Part shown: piece after piece, positions 44,989 to 58,117 of the stretch
How positions within the stretch are numbered: position 1 is the first letter of the stretch
Layout of the letters: every line of letters begins with the position of its first letter
DNA from: Schizochytrium sp. TIO01
Lineage: Eukaryota > Protista > Bigyra: Labyrinthulomycetes
DNA: 64,000 nt
Assembly (NCBI GenBank): GCA_004764695.1
Contig: SMSO01000025.1
Location: 1,302,001 to 1,366,000, forward strand
Direction of reading: 5' to 3'
The notes under the pieces: generated by a model
What the model was told of the DNA's origin: nothing
The model's input: only the letters and a program-made list of their open reading frames with translations
Database searches by the model: none
Made by a program: the position numbers and the translations under genes

Positions 44989-47900
44989 CAGACAGTTTCC
45001 CAGCGTGGAAGGAAGCCCTTGCAATAGCAGCGATTTTGGTTGCCAGGTCCAGCGAGGGCTTGCGTTTATCTTTTGCGAAGGTCTCCCATCTGCCCTTTCT
45101 TCCTTCGTTCCTTCCTTCCTCCTTCCCTCCACACGCACATGAGAGGCTTAGAAGCAGCGCGAACGATGCATTCCATTCATTCTCGAAAGCCACGTATTGT
45201 CACCAGCAGAGTTCGCAGTGCTTGACCATCTTGAGATTTCCAAGATTGCTTTTGGCCTCCATTTGCAATTTCCGCTATCCCAGAGCGGACCTTCACCCGG
45301 CTTCAAGTTGCCGTTGGCAGATCGCGAGAGGAACACGAGGACGTCAGGGGCGCACAGCCTGCGTTGGCCTGGCAAGGGGCGCGAGCTGATCGCGGGCTGA
45401 TCTGATCATCATCTTCGACTTGGATAATTTGAGCGACTGTATCACCTCACATCGCCGCAGCCAACGAGCAAACACCTCGAATCACAGGCAGCCCAACGAA
45501 ACGGCGGTGGCACAGGAATCGGGCGGCTCTCTAGGCCCATCTTCGTGGCCTGCTCGCCGGCTGTCTCTGCGCTGCGAGCGCCAAGGCAAGCCTGCGAGGT
45601 CTCGAGGTTTGCTGCTTTGGTTCCTTCGTCCAAAATTCGAAAGCCAAGAACAACTTTTGAATTCAATCGTTCCTCGCTGACTTGGATTTTCAAAAACTGC
45701 TACTCGCTACCTACCCCTTTCGCTAGCAGTCAAGCACCGCCGCAATTCAAAATTGTTCTGTGTTTGCTGATGTTTGGCCATTTTCGAAATGCCTTCGCCA
45801 AACTCCAATCTTTTGCGCTGCGGTCAGCCGGCCCAAGCCGCGACTTCGACGCTGGCCGTCTCGCTGCACGGGCCGAGGACCTGGGCCACCCACGCACGCT
45901 GCCTGCGCGCTGGGAGGGCGAGCTGCTCCGCCGTACCTGCGCTAAGTTTCCCTCCCTCGTTCGCTTGCGCAGATTCGGAGACCGATCGTACGCAGTATCA
46001 GAGAAGAATCCATCCACTCAAAGTCAATCACTTCCCAAACAGCTTGAACGGTCGCCAGCTCATTCACGCGCACACATGAGCCCTCCCTCATTCGTTGCCT
46101 CCAACCCGTAACTCGGCAGCCTGAAGAAAGAACTCTCGCGAAGAGGTCTCTGCGGAGGCGGCTGCGAAGCCAAATCTGCCGCGATGCCGCGATATTCGTG
46201 TGGATTTGATCGCGAAATGTGGGTTGATTTATCGATGGATGTATGATTTCAAAATATCTGAGCTTTTCATTACCTGTATCTGGAATTTATCAAATAATTA
46301 TTCTTTCTTATTAATCTCGTTATTAAAAAGAAAAAAAGAAAAAAAGGATTTAAAAGAACTGCTTTGAAAACAAAATAGTTTTTTAATTTAAGTTTATTTT
46401 ATTTTGTTATTATTATTTTATTTTAGAAAACTTGAAGAATATGTGTTCTTCTAGTCTTGCTCAAAGTTGCAGGTTTCTTCCCCTCTCGCTCTCTAGAAGA
46501 TGGTGTTTCTACTATCCAAGCTGGGACTCCTCCCTCTCACGCGAGCCTGTTCCTGCTGGAGGTTGTGCCTGTCGTTTCGCCCTGAGAACCCAGCGCTTCT
46601 CGAGGGTCACATAGAGTTTGCTCGTCGCTGTGCATGGGCTCATTAACCGCGTTTTCAAGCGTTTGCAGAATCCACCTTTCTGACTCCTTGAGCCCTATAG
46701 ACACTTATATCTGTATGTGTATGTATGTCCCTGATAAATGAATACTAAACCCAATGATCTACTTGCAGCCCCTAATACTAGCTATCATTAAAACAAATTC
46801 TCGTTAATTGTAAGCTTCCAAGGTTGAAACGATGCGAGACGAAGCGACCAAAGTGGTCCACAGCGCCAGCGGAAATCTCTTTGCACAGCTCAACCGCTAC
46901 GAAGTTGGATGTCGCTCCCTCCCGCCCCTAGACTGCTCGCGACCGGCCTCCAGGCGAGCGAGGAAGGCGGGCTTGCGGCTTGGCCTCTGCCCAGTCAGGC
47001 GGCTGACTGACTGGCGAGCTAGCTAGCGAGCAACCAGCTTGGCACTTGAGACGGAAAGCCTGTCTGCCTTTCTCTTTTCGTTTTCCTTTTATGCAAATGT
47101 TTTCTTCAATGAACCAAAGAATTAAAGGGAAAACGCCAAGAAGAACTTCGAATTTTCTTGTTGGTTGAGAGACGTGAACGCAAGAACTCAAAGACGCTTC
47201 CAAAGTTGAACTTTGCAGCACTCGAGGCGATGTGAGCTAAGCTGCCGCATCCGCAAACCCGAAGCCGGTGTGGTGCAGTAATAGAGGAGGAAGAGGAAAC
47301 CGCGCTACGGAGTTTCACTTCAAATTGAAACAATCGAGACAGCCTCCTTTCGCCAATAGGCGTTGGCCCCAAAGGCGTAGAGAGCCTCATCTAAGAGTGG
47401 CTGTTGTTGTTCTTGCTGTTCTTGCCGCTCTCGCTGCTGTTGCTGCCGGAGCTGTCGAAGTTGCTGCGAAAGAGATCTCTAGCGACGCCTCGATTTCTGA
47501 ACACCGTGTGGCTGAGCTCCGAGCACTTGGAAACCCGCAGCATCTCGAGCGGCGAGGCTGAGCCGCAGCGGATCTTTCTTCGCCTCGGCTCTCGATCGAA
47601 AAGAAGGACCTTTTTTATTTACTCAAGTTGAGCCGGCTTTGATGTATCACTGCGAAGCACAGAACTCGAAAAACTGGTGCCTAGCGAGCAGGCGGTAACG
47701 CGTAGTGGCCTCAGGCCCCACACGGAACTCGATCTGAGCATCCGCTGCGCTATTCTTTGCTCAGCTCGAAGGTGGTGAACGGAACGGACTTGAGGGTCCC
47801 GCCCGTCTGTTTAATGATTACCTTCAAGTTGCCACGTTGTTTATGAGGCTGGCTCATCTGATATTTTATTTCTTTAATTTTCAATACTTCGTTTTAAAAA

Positions 47901-48024
47901 ATGAAATAAAATAAACACAAGAGAAAATGCCCTCACAGTAGAAAGTTGAACTTATCTTTCAAGATTGAAAGAAAGAAACACATCAAAACAGTCTGAACTT
48001 CGATGAAGACAAACAAACCACCTC

Positions 48025-48082
48025 AAACAAACAAACAAACAAACAAACAAACAAACAAACAAACAAACAAACAAACAAACAA
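48025..48082 (+). repeat. (AAAC)n microsatellite, ~14 units
   Basis: Direct. Confidence 0.95.
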
Positions 48083-48592
48083 GAACACCACGGTGGTATC
48101 CAAGCCTACCGGAACAACAAGACCACCAACGTGAAGACCGTGGGTTTGCTCGCCTTCAGAGCGCCTCGGGACGCCGGCCTTTCCCTCACTCCGGGTCGTT
48201 TTCCGATGCGAGCGAGGGAACGGGCGCCTGAGGTCCTGCCTGAGATCGAGCTCACTGGGTCGACCCGAATTTCAAGTTGCCGCGCACGGATCCATTTGAA
48301 TCGAGTTCCTCCCTCGCATCTCGGGACCACAGGACCTCCTCGCCAAGGACCACGACAGCGACACCCCCATGGGCAACGGCACGGAGCCGTGTCTTGCGGG
48401 TCTCTGGCAGCAGCGGCTCTGGCAGCAAGCAAGCAAGCTAGCTGGCCAGCGTCGGCCTCGCGAAACCGCCCGGCGTCGAAGGCCTGCATCTCCAACCGCC
48501 CCGAATGGAATTCGAATTCGCAAAGGCTCAACGCAGCACAGGGCGCCTCCAGAAAGTCCACATTCGTCCTCCTCGCGCCCTCAGGAAACAAA

Positions 48593-48593
<1 letters not shown>

Positions 48594-48686
<93 letters not shown>
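48594..48686 (+). repeat. (GCAA)n microsatellite, ~23 units
   Basis: Direct; source of the KQAS/LLAC pseudo-ORFs. Confidence 0.97.
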
Positions 48687-49792
48687 GGCTTGGTCCTCCT
48701 CCGGAGCCTCCAAAGGCACTCGCGCTCGCGGGGCCCTCGCAGAGTCGGGTCTTCGCGGCGCCTCTTCGATCGCCGATGCGCCAATCGTGAATTGTTGGAC
48801 TGTCGAAGTTTGAATTGCGGGTTTTTGAATTCCTGAGCAAAGCTACAAAATTCAAATTTGAATTCAACTTTGCCTGCCTGCTTGCTTCTGCCTGCCTGCC
48901 TACCACCTGCCTACCGCCTGCTAGCCCCCCGCCCGTAGTTTTGAAACCTCATCTTTTCCGCCTTTTATGGGAAACAAGAAAAAACAAGAAAAAACAAGCA
49001 AACGAAAGATAGAAAGGTTTCTGGAGATCCGACGAGTGGAGTATGTATTGTGTACCTGCCTGCTTCTGAGAGCGCCTGCGAATGCGAGATTCCTGCTCCT
49101 CCTCCTTGGACCCTTCGCGATGGGGAGCGGGCGGGCTGCCTGTTCGCGCAGGCCTGCGTCCCGCGAGGCTTCTTTCCGCCAGGGCGACCGGCCAACGGAT
49201 GCACGCCGCAGAAGCGGCGAGACCTTCGCAGCAGCACCTTAACATTCTCTTACGAAGCCCCTATAAAGAACCCTGTCTGTCTCTGTGTGTTGTGTGTGAG
49301 AGAGATGCTGCTTTCGCATAGTACGCGAGTTTTGGCCTCCTTTGAAAAGCAACTAAACTAAATAATAATTTTTATTTATTTATTTGTTTGTTTATTTAGT
49401 TTGTGTATTAAAATTAGTTTCAAACCATTTTATAAAATTTGAGTAAAATGGAGAAGACCTCTCTGGCTAGCGAAGGGAAATAAACACGGCTTTCCTACCG
49501 ATGATGATCCATCCATACATAACCTAAGGAATCGATCGCTGATGGCAGTGTCTACAGCCGACTGGAGGTCTACACCACCGCCAGTGCCGAAGGAGGGAAA
49601 GGACAGGGGACCGATCGGCCAAGCGATCTCTATGCGCCCACTTCCTTCGCCCCCTCTGCATCATCTGTCCTCTTTCGAAAAGAAAAGAGGAGGTTATGTC
49701 ATGTCATGTCATGTTATGTTATGTCATGGGATACCTAGGTGCCTAGATTTCAAGTTTAGTTTCTTGCCGAGCGAGGCGTCGGGAAAATATCT

Positions 49793-49830
49793 CGCTTTCG
49801 CTTTCGCTTTCGCTTTCGCTTTCGCTTTCG
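49793..49830 (+). repeat. (CGCTTT)n hexanucleotide repeat, ~6 units
   Basis: Direct. Confidence 0.9.
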
Positions 49831-52435
49831 TAGTCTGTGGCGATGCTTTTCGTGCAAAGATAAGCGCGCTTCGGCCTTTGTCCTGCCTGGATTCTCTGCT
49901 TAAATAGACGGTTCTGGTACTCTTCTGGCCACAATGGTATCTCCTTTGCCTCTGCATCCATTATTTGCTAACCTGCTTGTTGGTAATAAGGATAAGAACT
50001 ACTGTCCTGCCAATAGTTTCATTCTATGCGAGCGCAAGAGTGGTCTCGAATCCATTCCAAGGTCGTTTCCATACTCTCACTCAGAGAACCGACCCCTCCG
50101 GCACGAGCAGACCCGCTGGGGCCTGCGAGCGAGTGCATGGCGGCGGCGAAACCGGAGCTCAGCTGGGGGTAGGGCCTGTGGATTTCAGGCAGAGTGGATT
50201 TAATTGAAGGCGCTTCGTGCTTTTGCTTTCTGACTCTTCCTTCACGGGGTGCTCTGTGTTTTGGTTTTCCTTTGTGTGCTAGGTCCTACCTGGGCATGAG
50301 GTGGTAAGTATTACATCTTGAATGGTGGCATTTGTGCCGCTTCAATAAACGATCAATCAATCAGCTCATTTGGACGATCGCGATCACATTCTTCTTTGAG
50401 CTAACTCAGGACCCGGTCTCCGCCCCTCCAAAAAACAGTGGCTGAGTTATTAATTTGTTGACGATCTCCTGACGAAGTCCGGAATCTCGGCGACGTTATC
50501 AAGGGCACGAGAGGAGGCGAACACACGCCGCTGCTTGTTCATATTATGTCTCCCTTTGCTAATACTGTTGTCGAGCTTCGAAAGAAAGCAGAGGCTCCAC
50601 GTTGTGAGCGAGAACGTGCATGATAGTCGATCTATTATAGCCGAGTTCCACGATTCACTCGTAAAGGCACTCTTTCATTCGTCTTTTCAAGTTTAAGAAA
50701 CATGACGTTGAGAAATCATTCCTATATCTATTTCTATTGATTTACAAAGTCTCAAAGGAACAAACCCTTGATTTTCCGCAGTAAGAAAGTATGTATCAAT
50801 CAAATGGAGGGCAGCATCGTTCACTACGAGGAAAGGATAGGCCTCGTGTTTTCCTTGGCTCCCTCCTTTCAAAACGTGCGCCACTGTCAGCCGAGCTTCG
50901 AGTTGTTGCAGCGCATTGATAATCCATTCCAAGGCCCTCCGCACGTATGCATCGTAAGCAACGGTAGCGGTAACGCTCGCGCCTCCATGCGCACGTGAGT
51001 GGGTCAGTGAGTGCGTATGTGTTTGTGCGCCTTGGCATCTCTGCAAAACTCTACACGGACTCGGCATCTCAGACCTTTTCATTTGAGATTTAGCTTCTTT
51101 TCCAAAAGCTTTCTCCTCTTTTGAAAACTCTCTTCATCTCTTTTTTATAATTTTGATAAGTTCTCTAAATGTTATTCTATTTCATAAAAAAGATCTTTCT
51201 AATTTATATGTATCTGTCTATACATGTGATATAGATTTAGTGTTTAATAATAATAATAATAATGTTTATGTATAAATACGCGTAGGTAGCACTAACTAGT
51301 TACTACCAGTACGTCCTGTGTCTGTCCTGCCCTGTCAGTCAGCCTGCGAGGCTGTCTCTCTCTCTGTTTGCTGCGCGTATCTAAAGGCGGCACACTGCCT
51401 CTTCTTGGACTCAACCTCTCATAGACTGGAATGGAGATAGTCCTCTCTGCGCCACAGCAATGCAGAGTGAGCAGACTATTCGAGATATGCATTGACGCTT
51501 TGTAGATGGCATTGACGTGCGTGTGTATAGTAAGTAAGCGGGTAAGTAGGTAAGTCAGTGTCAGTGTCATTCGTTCCCAATAGTCAAACTTTGTCGTTTC
51601 GAAAGTTTATCTCGAAGTCAAGCCAGCTAATAGTTAGCTAGTCATTCATTCATTCATTCATTCTTTCTTTCTTTCATTCATTCATTTAGTTAGTTAGTTA
51701 GCTAGCTAGCTGGGTGGGTAGGTACCTAACTAACTCAAAAGAGAGACTTTTCCAAGGAGTGCTTTAATTAAAAGAGTATGAAGCACTGATACTTCTGTTC
51801 TTCGAGCTCTAGAGGTAGGTAAGTAAGTAAGTAAGTAATCAAGCCTCTAGTTGCTCTTATTTCGGGCGCTTCTCTCACACCATTCCCGCTCTGTTTCGCG
51901 CCCTTTCCTGCTTTCCTCCTTCCCTCAGCGACGCTGCCTCTCCTAATACCCGCACCCTCTGTCCCCTCCGAGCGACTCCCGCACCCCTCCTTCCTTTCCC
52001 TCAGGCGCCCACTGAGGGGCATTAAACATGGAAAGACAGCCAAGCAAGCAGAGGGACCTACCACACAGACATACTTAGTCCATAGGACTCCGCTACCAAG
52101 GCCTTGAGAGGAAGTTCTTGCCTTTTCAGCCGCTTATTGATTCACTGCTAAGTAGGAAGGTAGTTAGAGAGTGGTAGGAAGTTACTTGTGTAAGCATTTT
52201 TAATGCCAATAAAAGAAAAGAAAAGAAAAACTCTAAATGTTTTTCTTTTCCTTCTAAAATAAGAGAGAAAGGAACGGGTTCTAACATCACTCGCTCTACA
52301 AGCAGAGCAGCAAACAAATAGACAGACAGACAGACAGACCGTGAACTGCTAGTAGCGCTCACTTAGCTTTTATCTAAACTTTATGTAAAAAGTGACTCGC
52401 TGAGAACTTTCGTTGCTTTTGCTCTTGAATGAATG

Positions 52436-52436
<1 letters not shown>

Positions 52437-52476
<40 letters not shown>

Positions 52477-52497
52477 CAATCAATCAATCAATCAATC
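52437..52497 (+). repeat. (ATCA)n microsatellite
   Basis: Direct. Confidence 0.93.
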
Positions 52498-53105
52498 ATC
52501 GCAGGATTCCCGTTTCCAAGAAAGGCACAGAGGTTCGTTAACTGAGATACGATCCGACGCGAAGAGCAGTCACAGGGCTTGAAGACCACGATGGCTGGGT
52601 GCTCAAGAGCAGCGATGGCGCGGAAACTTGCACGAATCTCGCGTTCGGTGCCAATGGTTGGTCTGCCTCGCCTTCAGTTTCCATGTTCAAACTTCGTTCT
52701 CTTGGGCATCTTTTCGCTTGAAGAGTGAGAGATAGTAAGCAACAAGCAAGCATACATTTTCATTCTGTCATGCATGCATCCATCCATACGAGCCTGCCTG
52801 CCTGTTTATTTTATTTATTTATTTATTTATTTATTCATTTATTTATTTATTCTATTTTATGATGAATGAAAATAGCGACGATTGCTCATTCATCAGAATG
52901 CAATGGAAAGGAAGTGAGTCCTCCTCGTTGTGACATAAGCCAGCGAACAAACTGTGTCTCGATCATTTCTTAACACAGCGGGCAGGCATACGTACCCTCC
53001 ATACCTGCCATGTATGTCATCTATCATGGAAAGGAAAATCCAAAACATCGTTCTTTCCTCTTTAGAAATAAACAAAAGTTTGAGATTCCTTCTGTGCAAT
53101 TGAAT

Positions 53106-53509
<404 letters not shown>

Positions 53510-53965
53510 AAAGTAAGTAAGTAAGTAAGTCTTCGAGTCTTTGCTATTGTGAGCAAAGCAATTTATCTTAAATTCCAAATTTCTCCTCTTCTAAACAATT
53601 TCTTTCTTTCCTTTTAAATTAAAAAGTATTGATTTTAGTAAATACAGCAAAATAAATGATTCTTGCGAATGAAATGAAGAATAGTTCGGCTCTCCATAGA
53701 TCACCTTTGATTGGCGTAGTAAGAAAGTTTTCAAGTTTTGCTGTTTTTTGTTTGTAGGAGGTAAATAGGCACTTACTAGGCAGGTGGAGCAGAGTAAGAG
53801 CTCTTTGAAAGTTATGTTTAAACACTTGTTCTCTATGAAAAAGAGAGAAAAGGAAAGAAGAAGAAGAAGAAGAAGAAAGCAGCGACGAAACATAAAACAA
53901 AACATAATCGCCGTGTCAGAGACTGACCTAGCGCAGATCGTCGAGGCCAAGCGAAACCCAGCGCC

Positions 53966-53996
<31 letters not shown>
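53966..53996 (+). repeat. (GCC)n triplet run upstream of the CASTOR-like gene
   Basis: Direct. Confidence 0.9.
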
Positions 53997-54753
53997 AGCA
54001 GCGCGCGGACGCCCAGGAAGGAAGGAAACTCACGCCGAGTTCTTGACGCCCTGCTGCCCCTCGCAGAGCGTCGGAGTTTGACTGCTTCGCCTCTAGTATT
54101 CTACCTGAGGAAAGGGAGGAGCCGCCGCCCACGTCCATTCCATTCCGGCTGACATAGGAACAAGCCCGTCGCTTGCTTTTGCTTGCTTCAAGGACTTAGT
54201 TGGTGAGAAACGAGCAGTTGAATAGCCGCCACAGACGAGATCATCTTCAAGGACCGTAGACATCCTCGAATCGCACTACTTGCCGTCGAGACAGCAGAGG
54301 ACCGCCTCGAACCATACATCTATCGCCTTTCTCTTTCTCTCTCTCTTCTCTCTTCATTGGGTTTGTTTTCTCATCCTTACCTGGACCGCCCAGTACCAGT
54401 CATATATAGAACACTAGGAGTCCTCGGCGCCTCCCTCTGTTCCTGGTTGAGATTGATTATTCGACCATCGCTACTGTTACTAAGGCTTCTTTCGTTGCTG
54501 TTGCTACTGAACGACCCTTTGCTCTGCGTGGAACAAGACCCCAACTGCCACAGACAATTGCCGAACTGAATAGAAGCAGTTCTGTCTGACTTGAGAAGAA
54601 AGACTCCTGTGTTTTTGGATAACCTTGTTGAAGACTTTGAAGAGTGAATTCGTGGAAATCTGCCTGTCCTTCGTGGATTTTAATCTTATTCTTGTCTGTT
54701 GTGTAGAAATTGGCAATTTTACAGAATACTAAAAGTAAACAGCGAACTACGTC

Positions 54754-56382
54754 ATGATGGGGGATATGCAACAACATCAGCAACAAGAGTCGTGGACAAC
54801 AGGTCACTTCGATGCCACCCTCCTGGCCAACTCGCTTCGTGTGGGTTACATTCCTGCTGAGCACCTGGTCCGATGCACCCATGCGCTCGTCAAACTGCTT
54901 GTACTCGATGCTGAGGAATCTGAGTCCACGTCATACTATGGTGGACACTCTGTCTCAGATGGTCCAAGCCCCTCTGGCTCTGGTGGAATCATGGACATCG
55001 GTGGACTCGGCGCTGCTCATCCTGACTCATCGGGCGTTAACGTGATGCTCGTCCAAGACATGGGTGGAGTCACAGTGATTGTCAACGATAGATACTATAA
55101 CCAGCTCGAACTTGCTGGCGTGGTTGAGCTCATGCGCTGGGCACCTTCGCCATGGCGAGCACTCCAGATCCACCTCGGACCTGCAAGTGCAGATACCCCG
55201 GGAATTATTTCATACTTGTCTTCCATGCTCAGTGAACGCAATGTGTCTATTCTTAACTTTTCTACTTTCGAAGCTGACCTGATCCTTGTTCAGGATTATG
55301 ACTTGGAAAAGGCCCGCGACCTTCTGGAGGATTGTGGCTCTGGAGGCATCCCTGCTCTTCAGCAGCAAATGGCTGAGAAGCGTCTTGGGTCCCGCGCATT
55401 GTCAGATGGCTTTAGTGCGCTCAGCAGTATGTCTGCCCTCGGCACTAGCTTGCCCCAACCGCCACCGCGTGCTGGTAAACTGCGCAGCAACTCAACATCA
55501 TCGGAGATCATTTCATCAGCGGCACTTGCAGTGGTGCAAACACCGCTGGTTCTCGCGATTGTCAAACGTGCCATGCTTAAACAAACCATGTTTGCCCTTA
55601 TGAAACAGCTCACACGTAACATTGACGCTCAATTACTCCAGCGCAACCAGGTGCCAAGCTCAACTTCAGGCAATGATTCTGCTGCGACATCAGCAGAGCT
55701 CTCACCGCAGTACCTGCAGGCCTCAATGCTCGAGCACGACTACCTTTGGGCGTACTTCAGTACCTTTGAGGAAGTTTCCCTTCTTATTGACGAGCGAGAT
55801 CTCTCTGAATTCCCGGAAGATTCGCTCGTTGTCTCCGGTGAACGCTGGAAGGCTATCCGTTTGGTTGGCAAGGATATCCCCTTTGACGAGACCGGTATCG
55901 TAAAGATAATGTCGAGTCCCTATGACCTCGACATCCAACTTTTGAACATGTCCACATATGGTACCAACGTCTCGCTTGTACACGAGGAATACGTGGAGAT
56001 GACTGTTGAACGTCTGCGTGATGAACTTAATGGCAAGGACACCAAGGTGTTTGGTTCCTACCGCCGTACTACCACTAGTGGTGCTGGCTCAGGAAGCAGT
56101 ATTCAGCGAAGTGCACCTATGCGCCTTGGGGTTTCGCAGCATTCCACAAGGGGGTTGCATTCACGAACAGGATCAGGCTTAGGGATGAGTGTGGGCATGA
56201 ACGTGCCGCAGTCTTTTAATTCTCACAGTAGTAGTTTCCACCCACATAGCAACTTTAACGCTCTGGCTTCTGCATCCCCTTCTTCACGCAGCTTTCAGCC
56301 CAGACACGCTGGGCGTCATAGTGATCTTGGTCAATATGGCTATTCCCGACCCATGCCTGTTATGATGGAACACACCAGGTGA
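54754..56382 (+). CDS. CASTOR1: CASTOR/GATS-like tandem ACT-domain protein (amino-acid sensor family), 542 aa
   Basis: CTHALVKLLVL matches human CASTOR1 YTHPLIKLLFL; NVSILNFSTFEADLILV matches HVSVLMLSTYQTDFILV; WKAIRLVGKDIPFDETGIV matches WRMVRIGGQPLGFDECGIV (human sequence from memory). Confidence 0.85.
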   Translation: MMGDMQQHQQQESWTTGHFDATLLANSLRVGYIPAEHLVRCTHALVKLLVLDAEESESTSYYGGHSVSDGPSPSGSGGIMDIGGLGAAHPDSSGVNVMLVQDMGGVTVIVNDRYYNQLELAGVVELMRWAPSPWRALQIHLGPASADTPGIISYLSSMLSERNVSILNFSTFEADLILVQDYDLEKARDLLEDCGSGGIPALQQQMAEKRLGSRALSDGFSALSSMSALGTSLPQPPPRAGKLRSNSTSSEIISSAALAVVQTPLVLAIVKRAMLKQTMFALMKQLTRNIDAQLLQRNQVPSSTSGNDSAATSAELSPQYLQASMLEHDYLWAYFSTFEEVSLLIDERDLSEFPEDSLVVSGERWKAIRLVGKDIPFDETGIVKIMSSPYDLDIQLLNMSTYGTNVSLVHEEYVEMTVERLRDELNGKDTKVFGSYRRTTTSGAGSGSSIQRSAPMRLGVSQHSTRGLHSRTGSGLGMSVGMNVPQSFNSHSSSFHPHSNFNALASASPSSRSFQPRHAGRHSDLGQYGYSRPMPVMMEHTR

Positions 56383-57022
56383 TTCCCGCACGTCTATTGG
56401 TTCTGTTAATTTTTATTTTTTCTTGCCCAATTCAGGAAGAAAACATGTTAACCAATACTGTGTGACGGCTTCCGCATCAGTATGTATGCGATCATATAGA
56501 CGGATCTACCGCCTTATAAAACTTCAACGCCTACACCTTATTTTTGCATAAGTTCTGCTACATGTGGCAGATACATATATGTGTACGTCATTGCTTACTT
56601 GCTGGTATACAAGCAGGCAATAATTTTGAGGTTTTCTACCATTTTTCTTTACATCATGAAAAGTGTTATTGATCTATCCTAACCTGGGGACCGCGCTCGA
56701 GACCCGAGAGTATTCTATTCATTTATCCACATTGTTCCCTTTTTCCCCCCGCTTTTATATTTCTGATCTTAACAACGTAAAAAATATATATATCCAGACA
56801 TCTCACACTCTCCGCTATATTTCAGTGTCACCAATCACAAAAATAAGTGTTCCTGGTAAAGTAGAATTCATGTTAAACTCGATTTTTCTCATTATTCGAA
56901 ATTGCAAGCTCTACTAGAAGGACTTTTGACCCACCAAAATTGAAGAAGCTAATGACTTACGAAATCAACATTTTAATTTTATGATGGAATTGAAACAAGA
57001 AATTTTAATGTAAGACGAAAAA

Positions 57023-58117
57023 CTAGTCGTGGTGCTGGCGAGAATTGTCCACATTAATGGCCCGTGCTGGCACGTGCAAATGTACAGAAGGGCGTTTCTT
57101 CGCTGGATCTAACCCGGAAGCAGTGGACGCTTCGCGCTCGGCATTATCTGTATCCATAGAACGTGCCGTCAGTGCTCCTGCACCGTCCTCATGTTTTGAT
57201 TCGACTTCGACTTCTGCACTCTCGGGAGAAGATTCCTCTGTCCACATATTGCGAGAAGCTAGGCCAGACATGCGCGAGGCCTGGCGCTCCTTTTGGATCA
57301 CTTGACGACGGCGGGCGGCGTAAGCCTCATTGCGAGCACGCGCAGGATCTTCTGATGTAGTCTTTGCGGATGCATTCGAAGAAGAGTCCACACGAAGAGA
57401 CGAAGTTAAGTTGCCGAAATTTTGGCCACGGTTTGACATCAACGCGCCAGTAGAGAACTTCGGAGGAGAAAAGGAAGCAGGCGGAATTGTGGCCGAGGGA
57501 TGGTAGAGGTGGACACGCTCGGCTTGGACGCCACCGTCCTCGACATCAGTAGAAACAGTGGACATGCTAGCTGCGGAACCCATGGTACCGAAGCGACTGC
57601 GGGTGCTTCGCGGACGCAGAGCTGCGTGGCCACCAATGAGGCCCATAGACAAAAATGTGAGCACAACGCTCGGCCAAACAGAAGATCCGAGGATAAGCTC
57701 CATGGCGACAATCTTGACAGTCATAAGAACTCCAAAAATGATCTTCTTTTCTTCGTGGTTAAACGAATGCCCAGCAATACGCAAAGGCCGAAGGTAGAGG
57801 TGCTGGAACATATACACAGCTTGAATAAAAGAACCTACAACAAGAAACAGGGGTGATGTTGACCAGAACAGGGTAGTCATCGTCAAAAGGGTTCCAAAGA
57901 CCATAGCATAGTTTACGCGGTAGTACAGCAAATTAATCAAAACCCGCTTCTTTATTACTGCTTCATTGCGCTTAGGTAGATTAAAATTCTCGCAGAACTC
58001 GAGCCAGTCCCGTCGCTCGGTTTTGTAAAGCATTTGCCCATACGAGACGACCTCGCGAATGTCCTCTACAAACCGAACGTGGCTAGTCCGCCGGAACACG
58101 TCATTAAAAGAAGCCAT
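57023..58117 (-). CDS. PRA1: PRA1 (prenylated Rab acceptor) family membrane protein with a long disordered C-tail
   Basis: RRDWLEF...F.LP...RV..NL.YYRVNY, two long hydrophobic hairpins, and HAALR. Confidence 0.88.
   Translation of the reverse strand: MASFNDVFRRTSHVRFVEDIREVVSYGQMLYKTERRDWLEFCENFNLPKRNEAVIKKRVLINLLYYRVNYAMVFGTLLTMTTLFWSTSPLFLVVGSFIQAVYMFQHLYLRPLRIAGHSFNHEEKKIIFGVLMTVKIVAMELILGSSVWPSVVLTFLSMGLIGGHAALRPRSTRSRFGTMGSAASMSTVSTDVEDGGVQAERVHLYHPSATIPPASFSPPKFSTGALMSNRGQNFGNLTSSLRVDSSSNASAKTTSEDPARARNEAYAARRRQVIQKERQASRMSGLASRNMWTEESSPESAEVEVESKHEDGAGALTARSMDTDNAEREASTASGLDPAKKRPSVHLHVPARAINVDNSRQHHD

Noticed and set aside
48106-48906. Multiple 100-266-aa ORFs with KQAS/LLAC repeats
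   Set aside because: Produced by (GCAA)n inside GC-rich non-coding DNA; all frames are open and no domain is present.
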